From Octopus bimaculoides (Eukaryota), in the NCBI RefSeq assembly GCF_001194135.2, contig NC_068981.1, positions 166,769,549-166,833,548 of the forward strand: 64,000 nt of DNA, read 5' to 3'. Positions 1 to 11,144 of the stretch are shown one piece after another. Every line of letters begins with the position of its first letter. Position 1 is the stretch's first letter. The notes under the pieces are model-generated. The model ran no database searches, was not told the origin of the DNA, and saw only the letters and a program-made list of their open reading frames with translations. The position numbers and the translations under genes were made by a program.

Positions 1-1093
1 AATAGAAAATCAAAACAGGACTTTACCTTGGGGCTAGCATGAATCCCGACTGGCAAGAGAAATGCTTCAACCTCTGTCTACACATTCAAGTTTTGAATTT
101 AAATGCCATTCACAGCGTTTATGTGAAAAGACCGGTAAACTGGAGCCACGGCAAAATCACCAGATATGAGTTGGGGAAAATTAAATAATTAGAAAGTAAT
201 GTAATAAAACATTACGGAGGATATTTTATAAATAATTAAGATTATTTATGAATATATCAATGGCCAAATATGTTATCATAAAATACATAGAAGAAGAACG
301 TTTATAATTATGAATAAGTCACAATTATAACCAAGAGGTCCCTAATGAAATTGCAATAGGGAATTAACCAGTTATTTTTAAGTTGTGGATTCTATTTGTT
401 ATGTCACCAGCAGACAGTTTTTATTGTGAAGAGATATAATATGAGTGATAAAATGGCTTTATAGCGGTTTTGGCTGCTATTTATAACATGTAAGGGTTTT
501 GAAACCCTCTTAGTTAAAATTGTGACTTGTTCATAATTATAAACGTTCTTCTATGTATTTTATGATAACATGTTTGGCCATTGATATATTCATAAATAAT
601 CTTAATTATTTATAATATATCTTCCATAATGTTTTATTACATTACTTTCTAATTATTTAATTTTCCCCAACTCATATCTGGTGATTTTGCCGTGGCTCCA
701 GTTCACCAGTCTTTTCACATAAACGCTGTGCATGGCATTTAAATTCAAAACTTGAATGTGTAGATAGAGGTTGAAACATTTCTCTTGCCTGTCAGGATTC
801 ATGCTAGTCCCAAATTAAAGTCTTGTTTTGATTTCTGTTTATAGGAATATTTCCCCTGACGAGATGAATGGGTCCCTTAAGAGGTCCCTATCGTCGAAAT
901 TGCAATAAGGAACTATTCAGTTATTTTTAAGTTGTAGATTCTATTTGTCATGTCGTCTAAAGACAGTTTTTATTGTGAAGAGATATAATATGAGTGAAAA
1001 AAATGGCTTTATAGCGGTTTTGGCTGCTATTTCTAACATAAGGGTTTTGAAACCCTCTTAGTTATAACTGTGACTTGTTCATAATTATAAACG
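1..1093. mobile_element. Non-coding Penelope-like/retrozyme-like element: inverted repeat 1-338 vs 506-840 plus direct repeat 333-545 vs 879-1093
   Basis: Aligned by eye with few mismatches; hammerhead at the tandem junction; ends at a (TA)n tract. Confidence 0.7.
851..912 (+). ncRNA. Minimal type I hammerhead ribozyme motif (Penelope/retrozyme type)
   Basis: Core CTGACGA 856-862; stem II GATGA/TCGTC (863-867/891-895) extended by GGG/CCC; GAAA 896-899; palindromic stem III ATTGCAAT 899-906; predicted cleavage after UA at 907; stem I TTCC(C)/(A)GGAA. Confidence 0.75.
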
Positions 1094-1335
1094 CTCTATA
1101 TATATAAATATATATAGAGAGAGAGGTAATGTAACCATCTAAGGGATAGATGTATCCATAGGCACTTCTGGTATTACCTCAGTATGTATGGTCTTTGTTA
1201 TAAGGTATACGGTAGTCGATAATTTAAAAGGTAAACCGTGGCTTAATAAATATAAAGACGATAAGAAATGGAGCAATAAACAGTGAGAAGTGGATCGTTG
1301 GTGTTATAAAGTCATTCCTTAATTAAGAAGAGAGT

Positions 1336-1416
1336 ATGTTTACAGCTGTTTCAGTATATCAAGCTGGGGTAAATTTGTATTTACCTCGTTGCAATTGATA
1401 GACATCATCGGAACGA
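1336..1416 (-). ncRNA. Hammerhead-like motif with variant core CCGATGA
   Basis: Minus strand: GTT-CCGATGA-T-GTCTATCAA...TTGATATAC-T-GAAA-CAGCTG-TA-AAC; palindromic stem III ACAGCTGT. Confidence 0.5.
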
Positions 1417-1548
1417 CTATATGGCAAAAATAAATAGAAAGAAAACGTGAGGAAGAGAAAGGAAAAAATGTTCGTTAATTCCTTTTTTTCCCCCCTTTCT
1501 CTTCCTCACATTATCTTTCTATTTCCTTCTATTTATTTTTGCCATATA

Positions 1549-1630
1549 ATCGTTCCGATGATGTCTATCAATTGCAAAGAGGTAAATGCAAATTTACCCC
1601 AGCTAGATATACTGAAACAGCTGTGAACAT
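1549..1630 (+). ncRNA. Hammerhead-like motif, inverted copy, non-cleavable UG site
   Basis: CCGATGA 1555-1561, GAAA 1614-1617, CAGCTG-TG-AACAT. Confidence 0.4.
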
Positions 1631-1714
1631 ACTCTCTTCTTAATTAAATAATGACTTTATAACACCAACGATCCACTTCTCACTGTTTATTGTTCCATTT
1701 CTTATCGCCTTACT

Positions 1715-1770
<56 letters not shown>

Positions 1771-1772
<2 letters not shown>

Positions 1773-2830
1773 CTTTGCTAGGTGAAGAATGTACAACTGA
1801 ATATAAGCTAGCGGTTAGTGACTTCAGGCCTAGGGACAGAAAGATCCAGAGATGCAAGCCAATATGGAAAAGGAGGTTGTAAAAATTCAAGGATCCTTCA
1901 AATGGGCAGATATCTAAAGATGTCCTTAATGAGGCCTTTGATGAGAAGGAGGAAGAGATAGAGATGTAGAGGACAACTGGAAGTTCCTACAGGACAATCT
2001 ACTAAGGACAACAGACAAAATCTGTGGTTAGAGCAAAGCCTCTGCCAGATCAAGGGAGGCATGGTGTGGAACATTGACATTGGCAGGGCCATAAAAGAGA
2101 AGAGACAGGAAAAGAGTGGGTAGCAAAGAATCATATCATAAAGCTAAAAGTCAGGCTAGATGTTAGGTTTATCTAGCTAGGGTTGAAGCAGAAAAGAATA
2201 AGTTAGCCAATGTCCTACAGTATGAAGAGCAGAAACTTGAACTGTTCTGGATTGCTAGACATTGTGTCACAGAGAATTGAGATATTGTGGGAGAGAAGTG
2301 TGTGCAGATGGATAATGGTATGCTTGCACTTAGTGATGTGGACAAGAAAGAGGCATGGAAAAGTTACTATACAAGACTGTTGAATGTGCAGAATGAATGG
2401 GATAAAAGGAGTTTCCCTCATGTGAACCCAACAGAGGGACCAGCTATCCTAGTGGACAGCAGTATGGTAGATAAGGCAATTAAAGACAGGAAAACCAGGA
2501 AAGCCCCTGGTCCATTTGGAATCACTGCTGAGATGCTCAAAATATCTCATAAGGTAGGACACAGGCAAATCACCCGTATAGTTAATCAGGTCATTCAGGA
2601 AGGTGTAATACCCAGTCACAGGCATAGCAGCATTATTGTTAGCTGCTACAGGGGTGAGGGAGATTCTTTCGATAGAAGCACTTATAGAAGCATCAAACTC
2701 TTGGACCAGGTGATGAAAATTATGGAGAGAGTTATAGCCCAATTAATTAGGAGCAGAATTAGACTAGACAAAATGCAGTTCAGCTTTGTCTGAGGGAAGA
2801 AGCACTACTGATGTTATTTTCATAGTCAGG
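1771..2830 (+). mobile_element. RTE-clade LINE fragment (end of APE region and N-terminal RT), decayed
   Basis: ORF 2287-2793: KEAWKSYYTRLLNVQNEWD, KAPGPFGITAEMLK, YRSIKLLDQVMKIMERV, DKMQFSFV; stops and frameshifts upstream. Confidence 0.9.
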
Positions 2831-3229
2831 TGTAAATACATACATACATATATTTGACACTGCAGCTCCCTATTACAACACTTTGGCAGCCAACAAGTTT
2901 ACAGACCATATTGCTTTTATCATGGGACCTAACATTCACAAAAGAAAGTGCCACTGTAAAGTCATTTTCTTTGCCCCACTCTTTTCACTCAACGTCAAAA
3001 GCTGCATGGGAAAGATCTTCCTTATACTTGTGGATAAGCATTTCATGCAATCCTATAGGTACAGATGATTATTTGATAGATACATCTTAAGGGTCTCATT
3101 CAGCTGTGCACCCAGTGTAAAAAAGATTTTAGTGAATGCTCCTAAACCCTGCACAGTGGCAGGATGCTCATGTAGGGTTAATAGTGTGTGTCCAGTAGGC
3201 AGTGGATGCAACTCCAAGGCTATGGTCTA

Positions 3230-3360
3230 CAAGGCAGAGGTGGTGTCCATCAGTAACAGCAGCAATGGTAGTGATAGCGGTAGCAATAACAACAGAAGTA
3301 CCAGCAATGTGTCTGCTGATAACAGAGGCAACAGCAACAATAACAGCAGCACCACAATAT
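3230..3360. repeat. Degenerate (AGC/AAC)n trinucleotide repeat
   Basis: cagcagcaat...aacagcaacaataacagcagc. Confidence 0.7.
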
Positions 3361-3974
3361 AAGGATACATACACAGGAATATGTTGGAGGAATAGAGGGC
3401 TCCTTTAAGCTACTACTAAATGACCACAGGTCCTTTTTTTAGGATCTCAATTAAGCGTAACATTACGTCTTTGGCCAACTACATGTAGGGTTTAAAAGAA
3501 GAGGAAATGCCATACAAGATAAAATGGAAGTGCCTGGACCATACCTCAATGGGAGCAGATGATGTAAACTTTGCTTGACTGAGAAGGCAATAATCCTAAA
3601 AAATTTGCTTGATTCAGGAGCATTCTTAAATTTCAAAATTGAAATGTTTAGTCGGAGCCTACATGAGAGAAAATTTCTGTTGGATACATGGACTTCCCTG
3701 CTTGCTGACCAATGAACAGAAATCTTTCATAAACTGACCTTTTTCAGACATAACTAAAACTGTTCAAAGAGAGATAATCCCATCTCACTCAGAGGGAGTT
3801 TTTGCTTCAAAGAATTTCATTTCAGAGGTTTTTTTTTTTTTTCATAATCTTGCTGATCAAAATTGCATTCTTATCTCCATTAGTAAAGAGGTTATGTGCC
3901 TCTGGCCAGCAGGTCTGCTGAATTGCTTATATTGTTATGAGCATATGTATGTATGTATGTATGTATGTACTCTC

Positions 3975-4330
3975 AAATGCCTGGGAGGATCCCTAAAAGT
4001 AGTAAGTAGCTTCTGTTATCTGCACGTGCATGAACCATGGGATATAAATGTATTGAGAGAAAAATTGGGCATAAGAAGAATCAGATATAATGTGCAAGAG
4101 AGAAGACTGTATTCGGTTGAGCATGTGGTGCATATAAATGAGGATAGTTGTATAAAGAAGTGTCACTTACAGGAGATAGAATCTGTAAAAGAGGAAGACC
4201 CAGTGAGATATGGGATGAAGTAATGAAAATTTAATTTGGACTGTTGAGCCTCATGAAAGAGATGAGAAAGGAGTGAAAGAATTGTTTTATGCAATTCTTG
4301 GAAAGACCTATCCAGTTTTATTAGCATGAT
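3975..4330 (+). mobile_element. RTE LINE 3' fragment, internally deleted
   Basis: GSLKVVSSFCYL joined to NVLREKLGIRRIRYNVQERRL. Confidence 0.8.
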
Positions 4331-4779
4331 ATGACAAATTCTCAAAGTATAATGTGTATGCACACAACTAGGTTCTTCACTCTATGTCCCTGTTATGTCT
4401 ACAACTGCTCTTTTTCTTCCCTTTCCTTCCACCCCCAAAAAAGGGGGTCCCTCTTTTCTGAGCTACTCCCTATTGAATCCATCCCTTATCTCCCTCATTG
4501 TCCCCAGTCATATTTGCCACCCACCTCTTTTCACCATTTACTATATTCATCATCTACATATACATTTGACCACCTTCACCTTATGTTTATATTCACCTCT
4601 CACTCTCCTCCTACACTCTTGCAACTGTACCCACCACACTCCTGACTCTTCTTTATCCACATTCTCTTCAGTTCACCTTCTTGGACATGTTACCTTGAGG
4701 GTCTATTCTGGTACCTAGTCATCACTATATTTGTCTCTTTTGGACACCACTCCAGCCCCACCCTCCAATTCTAGTGACC

Positions 4780-4975
4780 CATGTAAAGTATAAAGTAGCC
4801 ATGAATTTCCTCCACAACAATAAACCTGTTCTGTTCCTTCCATCACACTTTAATCTCTTAACCCCTCACCAATCTTCATAGAATGTCTCTCAAAGATTTT
4901 CTATATCTACAGCCTTGAGAAAAATATTATACAGTAGGGCTAGGAACTCTCACAATAACACTCCCATGCCTCTTC
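4780..4975 (+). mobile_element. Possible Penelope-like GIY-YIG C-terminal relic
   Basis: Fragments NKPV...HFNL and EKNII..LGTL resemble PLE endonuclease ends; highly decayed. Confidence 0.3.
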
Positions 4976-6313
4976 CTTTTTTGTGTCTGTACGACTACAT
5001 GAGCCATTACCATTTCAGATACACTTCTCTCCAATGATATCTCACTTCTCTCTAGAACCCTACTTAGCAATTCAGAACATCTCACACCTCTGACTCTCAT
5101 GTTGCAGAACATGTGCAATCCTCTTTCTCTCTGCCTCTTCCTTTGTTATGTATATCTAACACCTTGTTTCCTTTCTGACCATTTGATATTTTTCTTTTCA
5201 GATTACTTTCTTCCATTTATTCCAAGCCTGTCTTTAAGCATTTATGATTCTTTCTATGCTACTATTGCACCACTATGTCACCTTGCAACAGTCACAAATC
5301 TGGTCTGTAGTCCTCTGCAGGTTGTTTCACAGAAATTCCTATTTTCTCTGTTTCCTCTTTTCTGCCATAAGCATTGATCAAAGGACAGTCAAGAACTCTT
5401 GGCTCCCTCTATGTCTTCCTTCTTTAATTTGTCTTTTTCTCTGAGTCGTCCATATTCTCGAGTCACTAACTACTAATCTGTATTAGTGATACATAGCGGA
5501 AAGACTTGGCATTTAGAATTGTCTTTCTGTCTCATTTCGTGGTGAGAATAAAATATATCAACTAAGTGTCTATGCCTAATTAGTAGGTAATCAAGTGGTC
5601 GGTCAGTTTCCTGAACTTGATATCTCAAAACTTCAGAAGTTTTCATTCCTCCACATTATAAATCCAATGTATGTAGCAACACTTGCTGTCCATGTCATGC
5701 AATATAAATATAATAGAACTTCAGTAGAGAGTAATTTTTGTCCAGATTATGCTATGTATGTTTCAATAGCATGGCTATTTATTTGTTCACAATGTATTAT
5801 ATAATATGAGATTATATAACATGAATTAATGAATTACACAACCAAATCATCTCTTTCGAACTGTAGATAGTTCAAATCAGTCTGCAAAGACTTCAATTTG
5901 AATTCTGAGAAATATTTGGAGGGGGTTCAGTGTAATCACACAAACTATAGAAGGGGGTTGAATTAAAAGAATGGCCAATCAGCCAATGTTTTCACAGCAG
6001 TAACGATGTACATTAAGTATATGTGAGTGGTCAAATATTGCTTAGTACTTATCTATAAGTGTTTTATCAATCAGAAATTCTCTTACTGGTTTTATAGTAA
6101 TAAATTACAATTCAGCTGACGCAACAATTTTGACAGGGTTTCAGTTAAAGGCAACAGATGATCCCACTGAATGTCAATAGTACTCAAGAAACAAGTATAA
6201 TAGTGATAAAAATAGCAATAAAAACACTAACAACAATAATAACACAGTCACAAGTTTTCTGCTATTTGTTGACAACAAAGAAAACATTCTCTAGATATGT
6301 GTACATTATCTGT

Positions 6314-6612
6314 ATATCCTCACACACTGACATACAGAAAGTATTCTCCTGATTTGGTCCCATTTGACTATCATCTATCCCCCAACAGTAAAAAAAAACA
6401 CTTAGTTGGGAACCAGTATTGCAGAAATGACAATGTCATATCTGCTATTGATGACCTTTTTTTGACCAACAAGATGAAAGCGTCTTCTCCAATGGGATTC
6501 AAGCACTACAATACCAATGGAAGAAGTGTGTGGACTGCAAGGGGGAGTATGTTGGAAAATAAACATCATTTGAGAATATCTTGGTTAACCTTTAACATTT
6601 CAGCTGACCCTC
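6314..6612 (+). mobile_element. Mariner (Tc1/mariner) transposase 3' fragment with probable right TIR remnant
   Basis: YSPDLVPFDYHL..N.KKHLVGNQY...DDLF(fs)DQQDESVFSNGIQALQYQWKKCVDCKGEYV, the mariner YSPDLAPSDY motif and C-terminus. Confidence 0.9.
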
Positions 6613-7639
6613 AAAAGTTGCTCCACTAGTTTCTGGGTATAGCATCTTCCTGTGCAACCTGATTGACTACAAGGGTGATGAGGTTATATCCTTATTTGCA
6701 ACAAATTATTTTGTTTCATGCAATGAGGAAGATGTTTGGCCCTGCTAGGATTGTCATAGTTAGTAGCCATCTTCAGATTTGTTTACAAATGGCCACTGGC
6801 ATGATGAGATTTAAGAAAGAATACTGTTTGGGAGTGAATACTTGCTTCTCTGGAAGGGATGGTAACTCAGTATTTCATATATAGGACCTAAGAAATATAG
6901 TACCTGTGTGACAGAAAGAACATACACCTTTGCTCAAGTTGATGACTTGCAAAAGCAATTTAAATTCAGAAATAGAAATTTTCATTAAATGTATCCATCA
7001 AGACAAGTTTGTATTATCTAATTAGAGAACATGTCTTTTGCTAGGACGACCACATTACAATTCTTCAAATCAGCTTTCCATTGCATGTTAAATTTAGCAT
7101 ACACTCCTGCTTTTTAACATACCCATAATGTTGAAAAATGTTTGAGCTTATCTATTTACAAGATGCCAGTACACTTAAACATTCCAATAACACAGACTAA
7201 ACAATTTTAATACAGTTTGGTACTTTTTACTATGTTAAACAATGGCTTCTAATTTAGGCACAAAACCAGTAATATTTGATACCATGAATCCCAGAACTTA
7301 ACTGGAAAATGAGAATTCTTGAGACTTTTGTGCCTTTCCTTTTGGAGTTGGTATTAATAGCAACAAAGTGATTGGTCCATCCTCTCTGGAAGTAGAGATA
7401 ACTTTAAGAAATTGATAATTTATCTTGCACCCTTATTTGTCTTTGCTGTTTAAATACCTCCCACTGACCACTCTGAATTATTTCTCTCAGCTCAAATTTA
7501 TTTCAATTATATATATATTTGACTGCTTGTCATACTTATATGTATGCACGTGCATGTGTGTGAGTACTTTGCAACCTTATGAAACCTGATACAGCAGATC
7601 TATGATCAAAGATGTTCCAACTATAAAAATATTTTCTTA

Positions 7640-7965
7640 CATCAAATGTTCTTTTTTCACTGGCATGGGATGAACGGTTTCACAGGAGCTGGCCAACTGC
7701 CTGGGCTTCGTTTGTTTTGGCATGGTTTCTATGGCTGGATGTCCTTCCCAACACCAACCACTTTACAGTGTGCTGGGTGCTTTTTACAATACACCCACAA
7801 GCTTGCAAGATTAGGATTGCTCAGCTGAAGAAGGATGAAGGAGACATGCCTGTATGCAAGAATAACCACAATTTTACTTAGCTTGACATGTCTTCTCAAG
7901 GATAGCAATCTGCCAGAAGTCTCGGTCCTTTGTCATCCTCTCTGTGAGGCCGAATGTTACAAGAT
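7640..7965 (-). mobile_element. RTE-tail SINE / RTE 3' end remnants
   Basis: Reverse complement of gttggaaggacatccagccatagaaacc and cctcacagagaggatgacaaaggaccgagacttctgg. Confidence 0.65.
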
Positions 7966-8679
7966 CCTTTCTTAACACTTCATCTCAGATCTTCCTGAGT
8001 CTACTCCTTCCACAATTAGAGATCCTGTATCATACATACTATAACAGGCAACATTATTCAATGTGTCTTCCTTTGTTAGTGCTGTCATTTATTCTCTGGA
8101 TGAGCCAGTCAAACAGATTAACATTATATACTTTTAAAGACATCAAAACTGTGTTCAACATCCATTGTTTCCCCTTTTTTTCTTCAGGCATTTTAGTATC
8201 TGTGTGCAGTCCATTATATTTTAAGGTAGTCTCAAGTTATTCTATGGCAATTTTTTTTTGGCTACTATTTCTTAAAGGTCAAGTTACTATGTAAGATGGC
8301 TTGTTTTCGCTTTTATTTCCATTTGAAATATTCTGTAAATTGTTTTGACACTTGCTGTTTAAGAATGGGATGAAAGCCATTTTGTAACATCTACACTTTA
8401 TACATGAAGTGGATGTGAACACTTTCTCATTTTGAATTCTATGACAATGATTGAAGTAAGGTAATGCTTCTTGTTCAGTATTATGCTGTACATATTTACC
8501 ACTTAATCTCATATAATATGAACTCTGAGTACACTTATGATGATCCAAGCCATACTAGCTATAGATCATCATCATCATAATTCTAACATCTACTTTGGGG
8601 GTAGATGAGCAGCTGGTGAGAGCCATTTAAGTCATGTGATCAGTAAGGTGAAAGTTGGCAATGAACATAGAGATGAATT

Positions 8680-9480
8680 TAGTGGTTCTCAGTCCCCTCT
8701 TTATTATAGTCCTCTGGCCATAACAGAAGAATTTAAGATTGGTTGCCCTTTGGAACTCATCTATGCTGATGACCTTGTTCTTATGCCTGAATGACTATAA
8801 GAATTAGAGAGAAAATTTCAGGTGTGGAAGCAAAGACTGGAATCAAAGGGCCTTAGAGTTAACTTAGCAAAGACTAAAGTATTAGTAAGCAGGAAAGCAG
8901 ACAAATTACTAATCCCTTCAAGGAAATGGCTTGATATGTAGAAAAGGGGTAGGTAGAAATTCCCTATGGTGTACCCAGTGCAAGCTATTGACACATAAGA
9001 GGTGCAATTGAATCACAGGTAGGCTAACAGAAAAAATAGTCTGTGTGTATGGCAAGTATGCAGGTACAATAAACACAAAGAACATACAGGAAACAGACTT
9101 CCTCTAATGTCCAGAGGGATCCTTAGAGGTAGTAAAGTTTCTGTTACCTAGGTGATCAAATTACCAGTGAAGGAGATTGATCTGAAAGCATAGTTACTAG
9201 AATAACTTGTCGGGTAAAATTCAGAGAGCTATTACCTACGTTAGTTAAAAATGGCCTCTCTCTCGCTCAAAGTCAAAAGTAGAGTGTGTGAAGCCTGTGT
9301 ATGGACAGCTATACTACATGGCAGTGAAACATGGGCTATGACTGCATGCAAAGGCCTAAAAGAAATGAAGCTAGCATGCCTCGCTGGATGTGCTATGTCA
9401 GTGTGTATGTACGACAAAGTGTAAATGTCTGAAGAGATAAATTGGGTATAAGAGACATCAGATGTAGTGTGCAAGAGTGT
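8680..9480 (+). mobile_element. RTE-clade LINE fragment (RT core YADD to C-terminal region), decayed
   Basis: ELIYADDLVL, WKQRLESKGLRVNLAKTKVL, FCYLGDQI, YYMAVKHGL-type segment, LKRNEASMPRWM. Confidence 0.9.
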
Positions 9481-9499
9481 TGAGCATACAATAACAAGA

Positions 9500-9620
9500 T
9501 TGTAGTTTTGATTCACTCAGCTGTAAATGAGTGACCCTGCTATGGACTGGCATCCTATGAAGTGGGAAATGGCATGGAAACTGGGTAACTAGTTCTATGA
9601 ATCCTACAACTCAAGACAGT
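9500..9620 (+). mobile_element. Possible Deu/Nin-domain SINE remnant
   Basis: gtaaatgagtgaccctgctatggactggcatcc resembles the conserved SINE central domain. Confidence 0.4.
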
Positions 9621-10239
9621 TCTTATATACTATTGTATAGTACAGAATACCATTGGAACAAAATGGATAATAAGAAAACTTAATATCTAAAAACATAATG
9701 CCATGATGACACCAAGTAGGAGATTTCAGAGAAATAAGAATATTATAAACAGAAGACTAATAATTTATTACTTTAATTTTTAATTTTCTCATTTAAACTT
9801 TAGCTATACATAAATGTTGAAATAATTTCTCCCTAAAGATGTAAATGTCAGCAAATAGCTTCTTGCATTATGTCCAAATACTCATTACCTATTGCTGATA
9901 TTTAAACAAATATCAACATATAGTTATTTTTCTGTATTTTAAAAAAAATAGTTATATAACCATCTATAAATAAGGCAATACAACTTTTCATGAGACATAT
10001 TTTAATAACTGAACATTTTGTATGAAAGAATAATTTTTTAAATATTTTCAATCAGAATTTTGGAGTAATTTAATGCAACAAGAGAATAAAATCTTCAAAT
10101 AACCATCACTAGAGATTTCTTTTTAAATTTCATGTTGAAGGGAAGGTAAATAAATGTTCATTATATTTAAACTTCTTTCTTCCAATTTATCTCTTCCATT
10201 AAAGAAATACTTTACCATCACCTTAGTTTATACAGAAAA

Positions 10240-10240
<1 letters not shown>

Positions 10241-10271
<31 letters not shown>

Positions 10272-10289
10272 ATATATATATATATATAT

Positions 10290-10324
<35 letters not shown>

Positions 10325-10440
10325 TAGATAGAGAGAGAGTGTGTGTGTGTGTGAGAGAGAGAGTGTGTGTGAGAGAGTGAGTGTGTGTGAGAGAGTGAGT
10401 GAGTGTGTGTGAGAGAGTGAGTATATGTGTGAGAGAGAGA
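10241..10440. repeat. Compound microsatellite (TG)n(TA)n(GA/GT)n
   Basis: Direct reading. Confidence 0.95.
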
Positions 10441-11093
10441 GGGATAACTATTCAGATGCTGTTCAACTGAGCAAACAACTGAATGCCTATCATCAAAGTT
10501 GGAGGAGGATCCATCAACTATATATGTTATATATAATTAACAATTCTTTGAATTTGTAATACGAATATTACTGAATTACACTCCTAAAATAGATAAAAGA
10601 AATTTCTGTGATTAGAATAAAGAGCAATGAAAACAACAATGTTTTAACTAGTAATGTAATAAATGATAGGAATACTATTTCATCATCAAATATATGGTCA
10701 TTGGATAATCTTTTCCCCCATATTTCTGGTAATTTGTTTTTCTTCTTTTTTGTTAATCCCTCTCAAGGCCTTTTATTTACAGTTGGACCTAATAACGAAA
10801 CAGACAACCATAATATGATGTCATTGCAACAGAGAGATGTGAACTATCTCAAGCTACCAAAACAATAACATTGTAGCAATAAAGTATTTATGATATATTT
10901 CTATAGTAAACAGTATGGAAAATTATTAAATTTAAAAAAAAAAAAGATGAATAATGTTTACTACTCTGCAACTCTATAAGAGCTAGTTACAAAGCTAGTA
11001 ACATAAAATCTGATAAAATTATTTTTACAATTACTTAGATTTTTCAGAGAAAAGTAATTTACATTCTATAGACTTCTTTCATTGTATTTTTGC

Positions 11094-11144
<51 letters not shown>

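Larger units (their letters stand above)
1255..1710. mobile_element. Second fold-back element (inverted arms ~1255-1462 and ~1494-1710), each arm carrying a hammerhead-like motif
   Basis: Arms are reverse complements, e.g. gagaagtggatcgttggtgttataaagtcatt vs aatgactttataacaccaacgatccacttctc; followed by (TA)n 1722-1770. Confidence 0.75.

Noticed and set aside
5456-5620. Short hairpins and a GTGAGA donor-like site suggesting a small RNA or first exon
   Set aside because: No box C/D, H/ACA or Sm motifs in a proper arrangement, and no partner exons found.
8763-8775. CTGATGA motif
   Set aside because: It encodes the RT YADD motif of the RTE fragment; no hammerhead stems.
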